Shown piece after piece: positions 22,445 to 32,490 of a stretch of DNA of 64,000 nt (positions within the stretch are counted from its first letter, which is position 1; every line of letters begins with the position of its first letter). A program made the position numbers and the translations under genes. The notes under the pieces are model-generated. The model worked only from the letters and a program-made list of their open reading frames with translations. It did not search any database and was not told where the DNA came from. Source of the stretch: an uncultured delta proteobacterium (GTDB lineage Bacteria > Desulfobacterota > Desulfobacteria > Desulfobacterales > JAFDCJ01). The stretch is taken from positions 1 to 64,000 of the forward strand of contig CAVYNY010000017.1 in NCBI GenBank assembly GCA_963769935.1. The letters run 5' to 3'.

Positions 22445-24020
22445 TCACCCAGCCTTATCGACTTCAATGCCCTCGGGAGATACCAGCACATCCAGTCCGG
22501 TTCTCTTCCAGGTCGCGCGCGCCTGATCTACCGTATCCACCAGTGGTTCCTGGCAGTTGAAGGAAGTGTTGAGCAGCACACTGCAACCGGTGCGGTCACG
22601 CCAGGCCGACAGCAATTTTACGATGAACGGATCGTCGCCCGGTTCGACGACCTGGGGCCGGCTGGTGCCGTCGACATGGGTGACGGCCGGGATTTCCGCC
22701 GCATTGGTGGGGACAATATAAGACATGTATTTGCTCGGCACGCCCCAGTCACCGAGCACCATGGGAGCAAAGGGACGGTACCATTCGCGATGTTTGACAT
22801 TTTGATTTAAACGATCCTTGCCGTCCGGCAGCCGCGGATCCAAAAGAATGCTGCGGTGCCCCAGCGCCCGCGGTCCGGATTCCGCACGACCGTAGCACAA
22901 TCCAACACTTTTGCCTTGGGTCGAGAAATTCAATAATATCATCGATGAAATCTTCACGAATCTCACCGGCATCGGTTCCAAGATAGGGGGTCAGGGCCGC
23001 CGGCTTGCGGGGCCGGCCTAAAACGTGGTGCCAGACAAACAGCGCCTGCCCCAGACTCAAACCGCCGTCATGGGGCTGGGCCGGTACCCAGGTGTCTTCA
23101 AACAAGCCGCTTCGGTGAATGGCGGTATTCGCGATGCAGTTCATGGAGCAGCCGCCGGTCATGATCAGCCTGCGGCTGGCCGGTTGCCAGGCTTGCAGGC
23201 GGGCTGCGGCTTCAAGATAAAAATCTACGGTTATTTTCTGCAGGGAGGTGCAGAGATCCTGGGCAAAAGATTCATCCGGTTCCAGCCGCAGGCCGTTCTG
23301 CTGTCTGAATTTGTGGCTCGGAAATGCCTTAAACGGGTGGTAGAGCATCAACTCCCTCAGCGCTTCGGCCAGCCCGTCCCGCGCAGCACCGTAGCTGGCA
23401 AGCCCCATGAGTTTACCGGCGCCTTCCAGCCGCTTCATGCCGAAATTGTATTCACCCACAGAGGCCCAGACCGAACCGATATTTAGCTGCATTTTCTTGT
23501 GTTCATGCCCCCAGCCGTATTCGATTTCATGGATTTTGCTGCCGCTGCCGTATGCCAGGGCACACATGCGAAAATCGCCGCCGCCGTCAGCTGTCAGTAT
23601 GCCGGCTTCTTCAAAAGGAGAGCTGAATAGTGCTCCGGCAACATGCGCCAGATGATGATCGACGGCATATCCATCGTACCAGCGGCCGAACAGTTTGATC
23701 CGGTGGCGGCTGTAGCGGCCGTCCACCGGACCGCACCATCCGTCCAGCTTGTAATCGGGATGATCGCGATAGAGCTCGCCCTCCAGCTCCCACTGATGCA
23801 GATTCCCATCCAGGGTAGGTCTCACCCAGGGGCTGATCACAACGATATCTATCGTCGCGGGGTCCCATCCATATTCCGCCAGGATGCCTTCCAGGTCCAT
23901 GATGCCCTGATCGTGCTTGATGCGCGACAGTCGTTCTTTTTCGAGCACAACCACGGGCACCCCGTCCTCGAGCAGGGTGCAGTTGGCGTCATGGCTGAAA
24001 TGAGCCGATAATATCCTCAT
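22445..24020 (-). CDS. O-carbamoyltransferase (NodU/CmcH family), one frameshift near 22920
   Basis: HDAN...ERLSRIKH, HHLAH, GKLMGLASYG, ESGPRALGHRS, RPFAP, HVDGTSRPQ and LNTSFN, split over two ORFs. Confidence 0.9.
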
Positions 24021-24114
24021 GTATCCTCCAGTATTATTTCGAATCGAACCGGCCAATTGACCGACCAGCCAATATAGGGGTTTGCGTTAGAAGTGTCAAC
24101 CGACTGGAATGAAT

Positions 24115-24299
24115 ATTGAAGATTGAATATTTATTGAGTTCGCTGCGCTCCATCCATTTATTATATAAGACCACAAATAATTCCATATTCATTTGAATGT
24201 GGTAATCTGTTTATGATATCGTCACTGAAATAATGATTATGTTGAGTTTCTGATTAAAATAGATAGATTTCCATAAATATTCAGTATTCAATCTTCAAT
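24115..24299. repeat. Element bounded by 15-bp perfect inverted repeats
   Basis: ATTGAAGATTGAATA (24115-24129) and TATTCAATCTTCAAT (24285-24299). Confidence 0.6.
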
Positions 24300-24308
24300 G
24301 GATATAAA

Positions 24309-25259
24309 ATGGCACGTTCCGACGTACACCCGGTTCACCGTTTCGAACCCTGGCAGGTCTGGCCGGGATCTTTCGACAACCCGCCGGTAGATGGAAATTT
24401 TCCGGTCCCGGCGGAAATCGGGTTGAGAATTTCAAAATCAACCCCGATTGCCTCGATGGGTTCCTGTTTTGCAAGGGAGATCAAGCGCCGCCTCCTGCAG
24501 CAGGGATATAACTACCTGACGGAAGAAACCCACCATCCGGCGGCAATCCACGCCAGCGCCGCCTGGGAGCGGATATACAATACGTTTTGCCTGCGCCAGA
24601 TTTTCGAATATACCTTTGAGGAGTGGAAGCCGGAGCTGCGCTGGTGGGTTGCGCCGCACTCCCGGAAAATCCAGGATCCATACCGCCGCATTGTATTGTA
24701 TGACAGTCTGGAAGCAGCCGTAAAAGATTTTGAGCAGCATCGGCAGCATTCGCGTCGTGCCCTGCAGGGAGCCGAAGTACTGATCCTGACCCTCGGATTA
24801 ACGGAAATCTGGCAGGACCGGGTTGACGGCTCGGTGATCAGCCTGCCGTCGGGGCCGTATGTTAATGAAGGCGGGGATATGAAACGCTACGAGTTCAAGG
24901 TGAGCCGCTACGGGGAAAATTTAGAAAACCTCGAACGCATTCATGCCATCATGGCGCGTCACAATCCGGCCTGCAAACTGCTGGTCACGATTTCACCGGT
25001 CAATCTGTGGGCCACTTTTCGCCAGGATCTGGATGTTATCAGCGCCAGCTGCAATTCCAAGTCGACGCTGCGGGCGGCGGCCGATGAATTCACGGTTCGG
25101 CATGATAATGTTTTTTATTTTCCGGCTTTTGAAATGGCCACTATTTATCAGCCGCTCGGCGGTTTGACCCAATTTGCCGACGGCCGGGAAAACTACCACG
25201 TCAACAAGCCTACTGTTAAGTTTATCATGCGCCACTTTTTTAAATTCTATTGCAGCTGA
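24309..25259 (+). CDS. GSCFA-domain protein (SGNH-like fold)
   Basis: Literal MGSCFA motif, TLGLTEIW, TISPV, SKSTLRAA and YFPAFE. Confidence 0.9.
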   Translation: MARSDVHPVHRFEPWQVWPGSFDNPPVDGNFPVPAEIGLRISKSTPIASMGSCFAREIKRRLLQQGYNYLTEETHHPAAIHASAAWERIYNTFCLRQIFEYTFEEWKPELRWWVAPHSRKIQDPYRRIVLYDSLEAAVKDFEQHRQHSRRALQGAEVLILTLGLTEIWQDRVDGSVISLPSGPYVNEGGDMKRYEFKVSRYGENLENLERIHAIMARHNPACKLLVTISPVNLWATFRQDLDVISASCNSKSTLRAAADEFTVRHDNVFYFPAFEMATIYQPLGGLTQFADGRENYHVNKPTVKFIMRHFFKFYCS

Positions 25260-25348
25260 AAATCGCGGCCGGATGCCGCGCCCCCACGCTTCATGATCCA
25301 ACTTAAGAGTCTTAATTGTGATATTTTTAATTTAGGGAAAAAATTTTT

Positions 25349-25429
25349 ATCACGAAAACACGAAAACTTGAAGGCACGAAATTTATCTTCTCTACTTTTC
25401 GTGTTTTCGTCCCTTCGTGCTTTCGTGAT
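25349..25429. repeat. Palindromic CACGAAA/TTTCGTG element, copy 1
   Basis: atcacgaaaacacgaaa...cacgaaat...tttcgtgttttcg...ttcgtgctttcgtgat; similar copy at 60917-60998. Confidence 0.8.
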
Positions 25430-25462
25430 TAAATTGTCCTTTTTAGTTCCGGCTTGTTCGAG

Positions 25463-26920
25463 TTAAGTTAAGGCAGGGGGAGCGGCATCCGGCCGCGATA
25501 CGATCTTGATGACGACCAGGGTTAAATCGTCCTGGGGTGGCAGGCCCTGTCTGAAATTTTTGACTGCCTCCAAAACGGCGTCCATGATTTTGGCGGCAGT
25601 CCCGGAAGCGTATCGACCAATGATGTCATAAAAGCGCTTTCGTCCGAACATTTCGCCCTGCGGATCCTGGGCTTCAAAAATTCCGTCCGTCGCAATGGCA
25701 ATGATCTGACCGGAGTTGACGACCCGGTCATGGGCCTTGTATGCGCTGTCCTCCACAACTCCCAAAGGCAAGCTGCCGCCACCGGCCAGCAGCTCAAATT
25801 TATTTGCATCAGGGTCGTAGATGACGGCCGGCTCGTGGCCGGCGTTCAACCAAGCCAGGTGTGTGTTCCGGCGGTCGAATTCGGCCATGAAAAGAGTCAT
25901 GAAACGGCCGGAATCCTGGACATCTTCTACAAGTTGCCGGTTGACCTCGCCGACCACCTGCTCGATACCGCCGGACTGAAAATATTGCTGGCGAAGCCGG
26001 GCCCGGACCGTGGCCATGAGCAGCGCCGATGGTATGCCGTGATCTGAAACATCACCTACCACCACACTGAGTTTTCCATCGCCGCCGTCGCCGGTCTTCA
26101 AATAGTCATAATAATCACCACCGGTTTCATCACAATAGATACTTGCGCCCGCAATATCCAACCCCACGACGTGCGGCGTATTCTGCGGCATAAGATTCTG
26201 TTGGACTTCCATGGCCAGGGAAAGAGAATGACGCACCCGCCGATGTTCACGGGCGAGCGCCGCCATGGCCTGCTCCCGGGCCTGCACGAAGTATTTGAGC
26301 AGAAAAAAAGCAATGGCGGAAACCCCGCCGATGTTCAGCACAAACGAAATAACTATGATAACCGCCGGCTGGGAGGGCTGGGAAGAGGATTCGGCGCCCA
26401 GAACACCCGAAATAACCATCAACAGCACATAAGCAGAGAACCAGGGGATGGCCCGCATGGTTCCGGCAAACATCAGGGCTCCAATGGGGGCCAGAATCGA
26501 CCAGATGATGACGGCGCCCGAGGCGGCAAAGCCGCCCAAACTCCATTGCAGCAAAACCGGAAGAATTAATATCAGGGACAGCTGGCCGCGGCAGAAGAAT
26601 TTATAGCCTTTGAATCGGAAGAAGTAAAAAAGGCTGATCGTTGAAATTGCCGAATACCCGAGCGGGAAGATTCCCGCCAGCGGCCGGCCGAGAGCCAAAT
26701 AACCGACCCCCCAGAATACGCCGAGCGTTGTGTAGATTCCTGCTAAAAGAACCAGAACGGCTTTGCGCAGGCGCTGTTCATTCGTGTCCGATGGCAGACT
26801 GGCGGCGTCTGACAACCGATAAATCCAGGAATCAAATTCCTCCCTGAAGGCTTCCATAGCGTTGTTGAAATCCTCTGTATCTGCTCCTATATTCCAGTTT
26901 TTTGCATTTGTCGCTGTCAT
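25463..26920 (-). CDS. Membrane-bound PP2C/SpoIIE (RsbU-type) phosphatase
   Basis: About 6 TM helices, then GGDYYD, GDVSDHG, NAGH, TDGIFE and DDLTL. Confidence 0.9.
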   Translation of the reverse strand: MTATNAKNWNIGADTEDFNNAMEAFREEFDSWIYRLSDAASLPSDTNEQRLRKAVLVLLAGIYTTLGVFWGVGYLALGRPLAGIFPLGYSAISTISLFYFFRFKGYKFFCRGQLSLILILPVLLQWSLGGFAASGAVIIWSILAPIGALMFAGTMRAIPWFSAYVLLMVISGVLGAESSSQPSQPAVIIVISFVLNIGGVSAIAFFLLKYFVQAREQAMAALAREHRRVRHSLSLAMEVQQNLMPQNTPHVVGLDIAGASIYCDETGGDYYDYLKTGDGGDGKLSVVVGDVSDHGIPSALLMATVRARLRQQYFQSGGIEQVVGEVNRQLVEDVQDSGRFMTLFMAEFDRRNTHLAWLNAGHEPAVIYDPDANKFELLAGGGSLPLGVVEDSAYKAHDRVVNSGQIIAIATDGIFEAQDPQGEMFGRKRFYDIIGRYASGTAAKIMDAVLEAVKNFRQGLPPQDDLTLVVIKIVSRPDAAPPALT

Positions 26921-27387
26921 GAAATCTTTATGCTGTCGCTGAAATTTTTGCAAGGGATTCTAAAAATTTTCTCTTTATGTTTTCCAGCCCAGCCTCCGGC
27001 CGAAAAATCGGCCGTTTTGATCGAGAAAGACACATATTTGGTACCGGAAGATGTTTCAAAATGTTGTGGGAGCGGAATCGGTATTCAAAAGGTTCAAACT
27101 AATCAAGACACTCTATTCGACGGTGGTGATCGGGACGATTTCGCACCGGGTATCGGCGCCTGTGATAACCTTTCCGATTGAATGATCGGATCCGTTGGCC
27201 CTGAGAACTGGACAGGAAGGCAGTGGCGAGGGAAAATTCTTAGGGGTCTACCTGATGAGCCCCTAAAATTGTAAATGTTTGCTTGCTTTACTTATGCAAG
27301 ATAAGGTATCCACCGGATTGCAGCTATGGTTTAACCATACGAAAGGAAAAAGCAAATCCTTTTTTCATTTCGATAAAGGAAGAAACC

Positions 27388-28038
27388 ATGATTTTTTACT
27401 CCAAAAAAGTACATTCCTGGCTCGCGACCGGCCAGGGGGCAGGCGGGGAGCACACACATAAGAAGAGCGCGGTGGAGCGTTACCGGAGATGGGTGGTCTG
27501 GTTTCTGTATGCCGGAATTTTTGCGGCTGTTATTTTCAGCCCGCCCCCGTCCGAGCGCGACCGTCTGTTTGAGTACCCGGAAATAGTGAGCTACATGTTG
27601 GTCGCCGTGGCAACGGTCGGTAGGCTATGGTGCGGTATTTACGTATTCGGGCGCAAAAGCAAGACGCTGTGCCAGGACGGACCCTATTCCATTTGCCGCA
27701 ATCCCCTCTACGTATTTACCTTCCTGGGCGCGCTGGGTGTGGCGACGGCCTCCAATCGCATCGTATTGGTTGTCTGTTTTGCTGCAATTTATTGCTTCTA
27801 TTATTTTCTGGTCGTCAAATTCGAGGAAAAACGCTTATCGCAGCTCTTCGGCCGCGAATATGAAGTCTATTGCGCCCGGGTCCATCGGTTTCTGCCTAAT
27901 TTTCGAAAATACCGGAGCCGGGACCGGATCGAGATCAATCCGCAGCTTTTATCGCGTGCCATGGTCAAGGGCATGTGGTTTTTCGGTTTGGTATTTGCAT
28001 TGGAGATCATCGAGGCTCTGAAAAGAATCATCTGGTAA
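27388..28038 (+). CDS. Isoprenylcysteine carboxylmethyltransferase/PEMT family membrane methyltransferase
   Basis: GPYSICRNPLY and EEKRLSQLFGREYEVYCARVHRFLP. Confidence 0.88.
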   Translation: MIFYSKKVHSWLATGQGAGGEHTHKKSAVERYRRWVVWFLYAGIFAAVIFSPPPSERDRLFEYPEIVSYMLVAVATVGRLWCGIYVFGRKSKTLCQDGPYSICRNPLYVFTFLGALGVATASNRIVLVVCFAAIYCFYYFLVVKFEEKRLSQLFGREYEVYCARVHRFLPNFRKYRSRDRIEINPQLLSRAMVKGMWFFGLVFALEIIEALKRIIW

Positions 28039-28082
28039 ACTTTTTTGAACCCGCACTCGGCATGGAGAAAGGAGGACGGCAG

Positions 28083-29321
28083 ATGAAGCAGGTGGGTGTG
28101 CTTGGCGTGCTGATCCTGGTGGTGATGGCCCTGCCCCTGGGGGCTGCCGCCGGGGTTGAGTTGAACATCAGCGACAATACCAAGGTGGATCTCGGCTTCA
28201 GCCTTCAGACCTTGGGGCGCCTGACCGATTTTCGCAATCCCAATTCCAACGACGCCGACGGCGGTCTGGATTTTATCCTGCGCCGGGGCCTCCTGCGTGC
28301 GGGGGGCCAGACCGGCGATTACCTCAAGTTTTTTCTGCAGACCGAAGCTTCCGGTGCGACCGACAACGATCCTAGTGTGCGCATCAGCGACGCCACCGTA
28401 AACCTGCACTACCGGGATATCGCCCAGCTGATCATGGGGCTGCAAAAACCGCCCTCCTACCGGTCGATTCTGACCTCCGACGACGCGCTTATGGCCATCG
28501 ATCGCCCCGGGATCACCGGCTACAATCTTACCTGGGGGCTGAGAAGCCTAACCGAATTTGACACCACCACCCTGAGAAATACCAACAGCGGCATTCACGG
28601 GCCTTATCAGGATCGCGACCTGGGGGCCACCTTTTTCGGAACCTACTCGTTTAGCGATCTGCTCCATTTCAAATACTATGCCGGCATGTATCGAGGAATT
28701 CAAAAAACAAGCGACGGCAGCTTCAAGCCGCGCTTGACCGCGCGCGTGCAAATGAACCTGTTTGATCCGGAGCCCGACTACGACAATTCAGGCACGTATC
28801 TGGGCACCAAAAAGACCATCGGCATCGGCTACAGCAATGACACCCAGCATGATGTGGTCACCAATTTAAAAAACGACAGCGGCGTGAATTATACTTCCTT
28901 CAATGAGTTCGATGTATTTGTCGACTGGCCGGCCGGACCGGGCAGCGTAACCTTTGAAGGCGCTTATCTGCATACCTGAATGGTGGGCGGATCCGGGCCC
29001 GTGGGGTCCGGCATCTCCGATCATCCGATCAATGCCACCGAGGGTAAAGGCATTTACGTTCAGAGCGGCTACTACTTTCCCGATTGGAAGATTCAACCCT
29101 GGGCCGGCTATGAACTGTGGCACGCCACAAATGAGTTGGGCCGGTGGGAGGCCTACCGGCTGGGGTTGAGCTATTTTTTCAAGGTCCATCGGCTGGATGC
29201 CAGCCTCAAGCTCGGGTATGAGCGGGTGAATACGGAAAAAGATATCGGCAGCAGTATCACCGACAATAGCGGCAAGGACAGCATCAACACTGTGGTGCTG
29301 GGTCTTTATCTGACGTTTTAG
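28083..29321 (+). CDS. Outer-membrane porin (OprO/P / ExtI-like) interrupted by in-frame TGA at 28977-28979
   Basis: AGGAGG RBS, signal peptide, alternating beta-strands, C-terminal LGLYLTF. ORFs 27975..28979 and 28980..29321 are contiguous and in frame. Confidence 0.8.
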
Positions 29322-29399
29322 AATTGTGTTCCTGAAATGAATTAAAGAAGCTTAAGCCGTCATACCATTTTCTTTCTTATTTTCGCCCTGAGGCAAAAT

Positions 29400-30209
29400 A
29401 TGAAGTATGCCAGGCTGTTTTTGATTTCATTTTTGGCACTGCTTGTCTTGCCCGGTAACCTGCGGGCCCAGGAAACTGATTCCATTTTAGGAAATATTCT
29501 GGGAACCATAGGAGCAGGCTTTAAATATTTAGCTACATCTCCCGCAAGACTGGATGCAAAGAGTGCTTTGATCACGCTCGGCGTCATCGGCGTGGGTGGT
29601 GTACTTTATGCCTATGATGAACAAATCAGGGATTTTTTTCAGAAAAACCAGTCATCCCAAGCAGATAGTCTGGCCTATGGTGCTGAAAAACTTGGCTGGC
29701 AATATGCGATCGGATTTGTCGGTGCCTACGGCGGCGTCGGCTATCTGGTGAAAAACGAGAAAATGCAGGAGACCGGTCATTTGGGACTGGAAGCCCTAAC
29801 GGTGGCCAATAGCATATCGCTGACCGTCAAGTGGGCAACCGGAAGGTCCCGGCCGATGAGAGACCGGGGGGCTTACAGCTATCAGCCGTTTTCAGGCTCA
29901 AGGTCAGATACGGGCTTTCCGTCGGGACATGCAACCACGGCCTTTACCATCGCTTCAGTGTTTGCGGACGAATATGAGAGCCCTTGGGTCGGGGCTCTGG
30001 CTTACAGCCTGGCCGGTCTGGTTGCCTGGGAGCGTCTTTACGATGACAAACACTGGGCCTCAGATGTCTGGGCTGGAGCGGTCCTTGGGACGGTGGTCGG
30101 CAAAAGCGTGGTTTATCTGCACAAAAAAACTGATGGATCGGTTACCTTTGTTCCCCTGATCGAGCCGTCCAGCGGGAGTTATGGGATGTCGGTACAGATA
30201 AGCTTTTAG
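29400..30209 (+). CDS. PAP2-family phosphatase
   Basis: KWATGRSRP, FPSGH and ERLYDDKHWASDV. Confidence 0.92.
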   Translation: MKYARLFLISFLALLVLPGNLRAQETDSILGNILGTIGAGFKYLATSPARLDAKSALITLGVIGVGGVLYAYDEQIRDFFQKNQSSQADSLAYGAEKLGWQYAIGFVGAYGGVGYLVKNEKMQETGHLGLEALTVANSISLTVKWATGRSRPMRDRGAYSYQPFSGSRSDTGFPSGHATTAFTIASVFADEYESPWVGALAYSLAGLVAWERLYDDKHWASDVWAGAVLGTVVGKSVVYLHKKTDGSVTFVPLIEPSSGSYGMSVQISF

Positions 30210-30341
30210 GCTCCTGGCGGTCTTTTTGCTTTTCCCATCGGTAAACGAATAAGAAAAGCCGGGCACAGTACTTTAGCGAGTCAGGGGGCCTGGCTCGGAG
30301 CCACCTGCGGGCCTGCACGATCAAGCACTTTAAAATTCCAA

Positions 30342-30375
30342 TCTTCACCTATTCTTCATAAATCCGCTGTATAGT
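30342..30375 (+). promoter_or_regulatory. Possible OmpR/PhoB-type direct-repeat box with -10 element
   Basis: TCTTCAC-N4-TCTTCAT (11-bp period), then TATAGT at 30370; lies upstream of an operon encoding an OmpR-type regulator. Confidence 0.35.
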
Positions 30376-30663
30376 AACTCAAATCTTCATTTTTCAAGAA
30401 GGATGATCGTCTTGTTAAGCCGATTAATAATCAGTAGATATAAAGTTCTTTCAATTATCCAATGCTTACCTGGCGCGCTTACCTGGCGCATGAATTTAAA
30501 ATTGGGATGGGGTTGCAACTTCAGCAACATGATCTTTTTGTTCCCGGCAGCTGAGCCTTTAGCCTCTTTAACAAATCGGATATATTCCAAATTACGCTTG
30601 GAACTAAAAGACTGGTACCGGTATTACTGTATTTGGGACAACATTTGCAAGGAGTGGTTGGCC

Positions 30664-31224
30664 GTGAGAAAAATTTCGCTGAACAAAAAAACAAAATGGA
30701 TTTTTATCTTTTTGATCGCCGTTTTTTTCCTGCCGGCGAGCTACTTCATCTACATGGAGGAACAGGGCAATTTTCATGCGATAACGCCGGGTGAAGCCTA
30801 CCGCTCTGCCCAATTGGACGGCGACGAGCTGCAACATTACATTCGCAAATACAAAATCAAAAGCATCATCAACTTACGCGGCAAAAGAACCGGCCGCAGC
30901 TGGTACCAGGAAGAGCTGCTGGTCAGTAAACAGTTTAACTGCCGGCACTATGACCTGTCGATTCCACCCGACAAAAGCCCATCACCCGAGCAAGTTAAAA
31001 AATTGCTGCATCTATTCGAAACCGCTCCCCGTCCTGTTTTGCTGCACTGTAAAGCCGGGGCGGATCGATCCGGACTGGCTGCCGCTTTATGGAAAGCTGT
31101 TGTGAACGGAGAACCCAAAGCGCTGGCCGGCCGGCAGCTGTCGCTGCGTTTCGGGCATTTTCCGATAGGCCCGACTTCGGCGCTGGATGCCTTTTTTATA
31201 AAATGGCAACCCGGACAAATTTGA
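30664..31224 (+). CDS. Membrane-anchored tyrosine/dual-specificity phosphatase
   Basis: YRSAQL, IINLRG and the HCKAGADRSG (CX5R) loop; probable GTG start at 30664 after GGAG. Confidence 0.9.
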   Translation: MRKISLNKKTKWIFIFLIAVFFLPASYFIYMEEQGNFHAITPGEAYRSAQLDGDELQHYIRKYKIKSIINLRGKRTGRSWYQEELLVSKQFNCRHYDLSIPPDKSPSPEQVKKLLHLFETAPRPVLLHCKAGADRSGLAAALWKAVVNGEPKALAGRQLSLRFGHFPIGPTSALDAFFIKWQPGQI

Positions 31225-31297
31225 CAATAAAGACTCTATTAATCGGTATGTCGGAGCCTGAATCACTTGATTCTAAACTAATTATGGCGGTAAGACC

Positions 31298-32371
31298 ATG
31301 AATCCAAGTGTTAAACCATCCCGACAAACTTTTAAATTTATCTCGCCGGCCGGGCGAATCGGTTGCCTGGCGATCATAGCGGTGCTGCTGGCGTTCGAAG
31401 TCTACGTGCTCTGCATCAACTATTTTGAAGGCGGAACGCCTGTGCCGCCCAATTTTGGCAACCGCCCGGATGTGATCCGGATGCTGACTGACCAGGGAAA
31501 GAAGGAGTCATTTCGCTTTGCTGTTGCAGGAGACACCAAGAGTATCGGAACCTTTGAAAGGATCGCTGCAGAATTGCGGACCGAACCCCTTGACTTCGTG
31601 GTGCTGCTCGGTGATGTCGCCTACAATGGCACCGAAGCTTTTCACCGCTTGTTAAGAGCTGAAATTAAAGAATATAAGCTCGAGGTTCCCACTTTTTATA
31701 TTATCGGCAACCATGACGTCGAGCCCGCTACCTTTCCGGTCCGGCGGTTTGAGGAGATTTACGGACCCGGCATTTTTTCTTTTGTTTATCAGGATTGCCT
31801 TTTTATCGGGTTGCGGATTTTGGACGAGCCCTATTCGAACCAGGAAAGTATCGATTTTTTGAACCATATCGCCTCCGGTCCAAGCGATAGATTCCGACAC
31901 AAATTTGTATTCATGCACATCCCTCCGCCCATTTCCCCCGATTTTCACGCCCGCAGCTTCACCGGTGGCGCCAAACTGGTTGCGCTTTTCAATAAATTGC
32001 AGGTGGACTATGTCTTTGCCGGCGACTTCCACGGTTACGCCCGAACCCATTTCGGTTTGACCAATTACCTGGTGACCGGCGGCGGCGGTGCCCGCCTGAA
32101 AAATAAAAAATTCAAACAATTTCATCATGCCGTGGTGGTGACGGTCAGCCAGGATCGGGTATCCGAGCGGATCATTCAGGTGGACAAAAGCGACGAGTTT
32201 GAAGATGCTTTAGAAAAGTTGGCTGTCGGCGAGGTTTACCCCTGGCTTATTAAATATCGCATGTTTGTTGTGCCGGCCAATGCAATCCTGCTGGTTATTT
32301 TTTTCGGCATGTTTTATACTCTGCGAAAGCGCCTTAAAAATGATGCGGGTCTATCTGCCATTAATTTGTAA
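31298..32371 (+). CDS. Membrane-anchored calcineurin-like metallophosphoesterase
   Basis: AGDT, LGDV, GNHD, MHIPP and AGDFH motifs; N- and C-terminal TM helices. Confidence 0.88.
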   Translation: MNPSVKPSRQTFKFISPAGRIGCLAIIAVLLAFEVYVLCINYFEGGTPVPPNFGNRPDVIRMLTDQGKKESFRFAVAGDTKSIGTFERIAAELRTEPLDFVVLLGDVAYNGTEAFHRLLRAEIKEYKLEVPTFYIIGNHDVEPATFPVRRFEEIYGPGIFSFVYQDCLFIGLRILDEPYSNQESIDFLNHIASGPSDRFRHKFVFMHIPPPISPDFHARSFTGGAKLVALFNKLQVDYVFAGDFHGYARTHFGLTNYLVTGGGGARLKNKKFKQFHHAVVVTVSQDRVSERIIQVDKSDEFEDALEKLAVGEVYPWLIKYRMFVVPANAILLVIFFGMFYTLRKRLKNDAGLSAINL

Positions 32372-32490
32372 ATTCATGCGGGTGGGACCCTGAACCAAGG
32401 TGAAATCCCTCGAACAAAAACAAAAAAGGAAAGCATCCTAGTCATCATGGACATTATCGCATACATCGCAAAACACAGATTGCCATTCTC

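Noticed and set aside
25251..25280. GSCFA gene ends TGC-AGC-TGA followed by a small hairpin (possible CxU selenoprotein)
   Set aside because: The stop falls at the expected end of the domain, and read-through runs into a repeat element with non-protein-like sequence.
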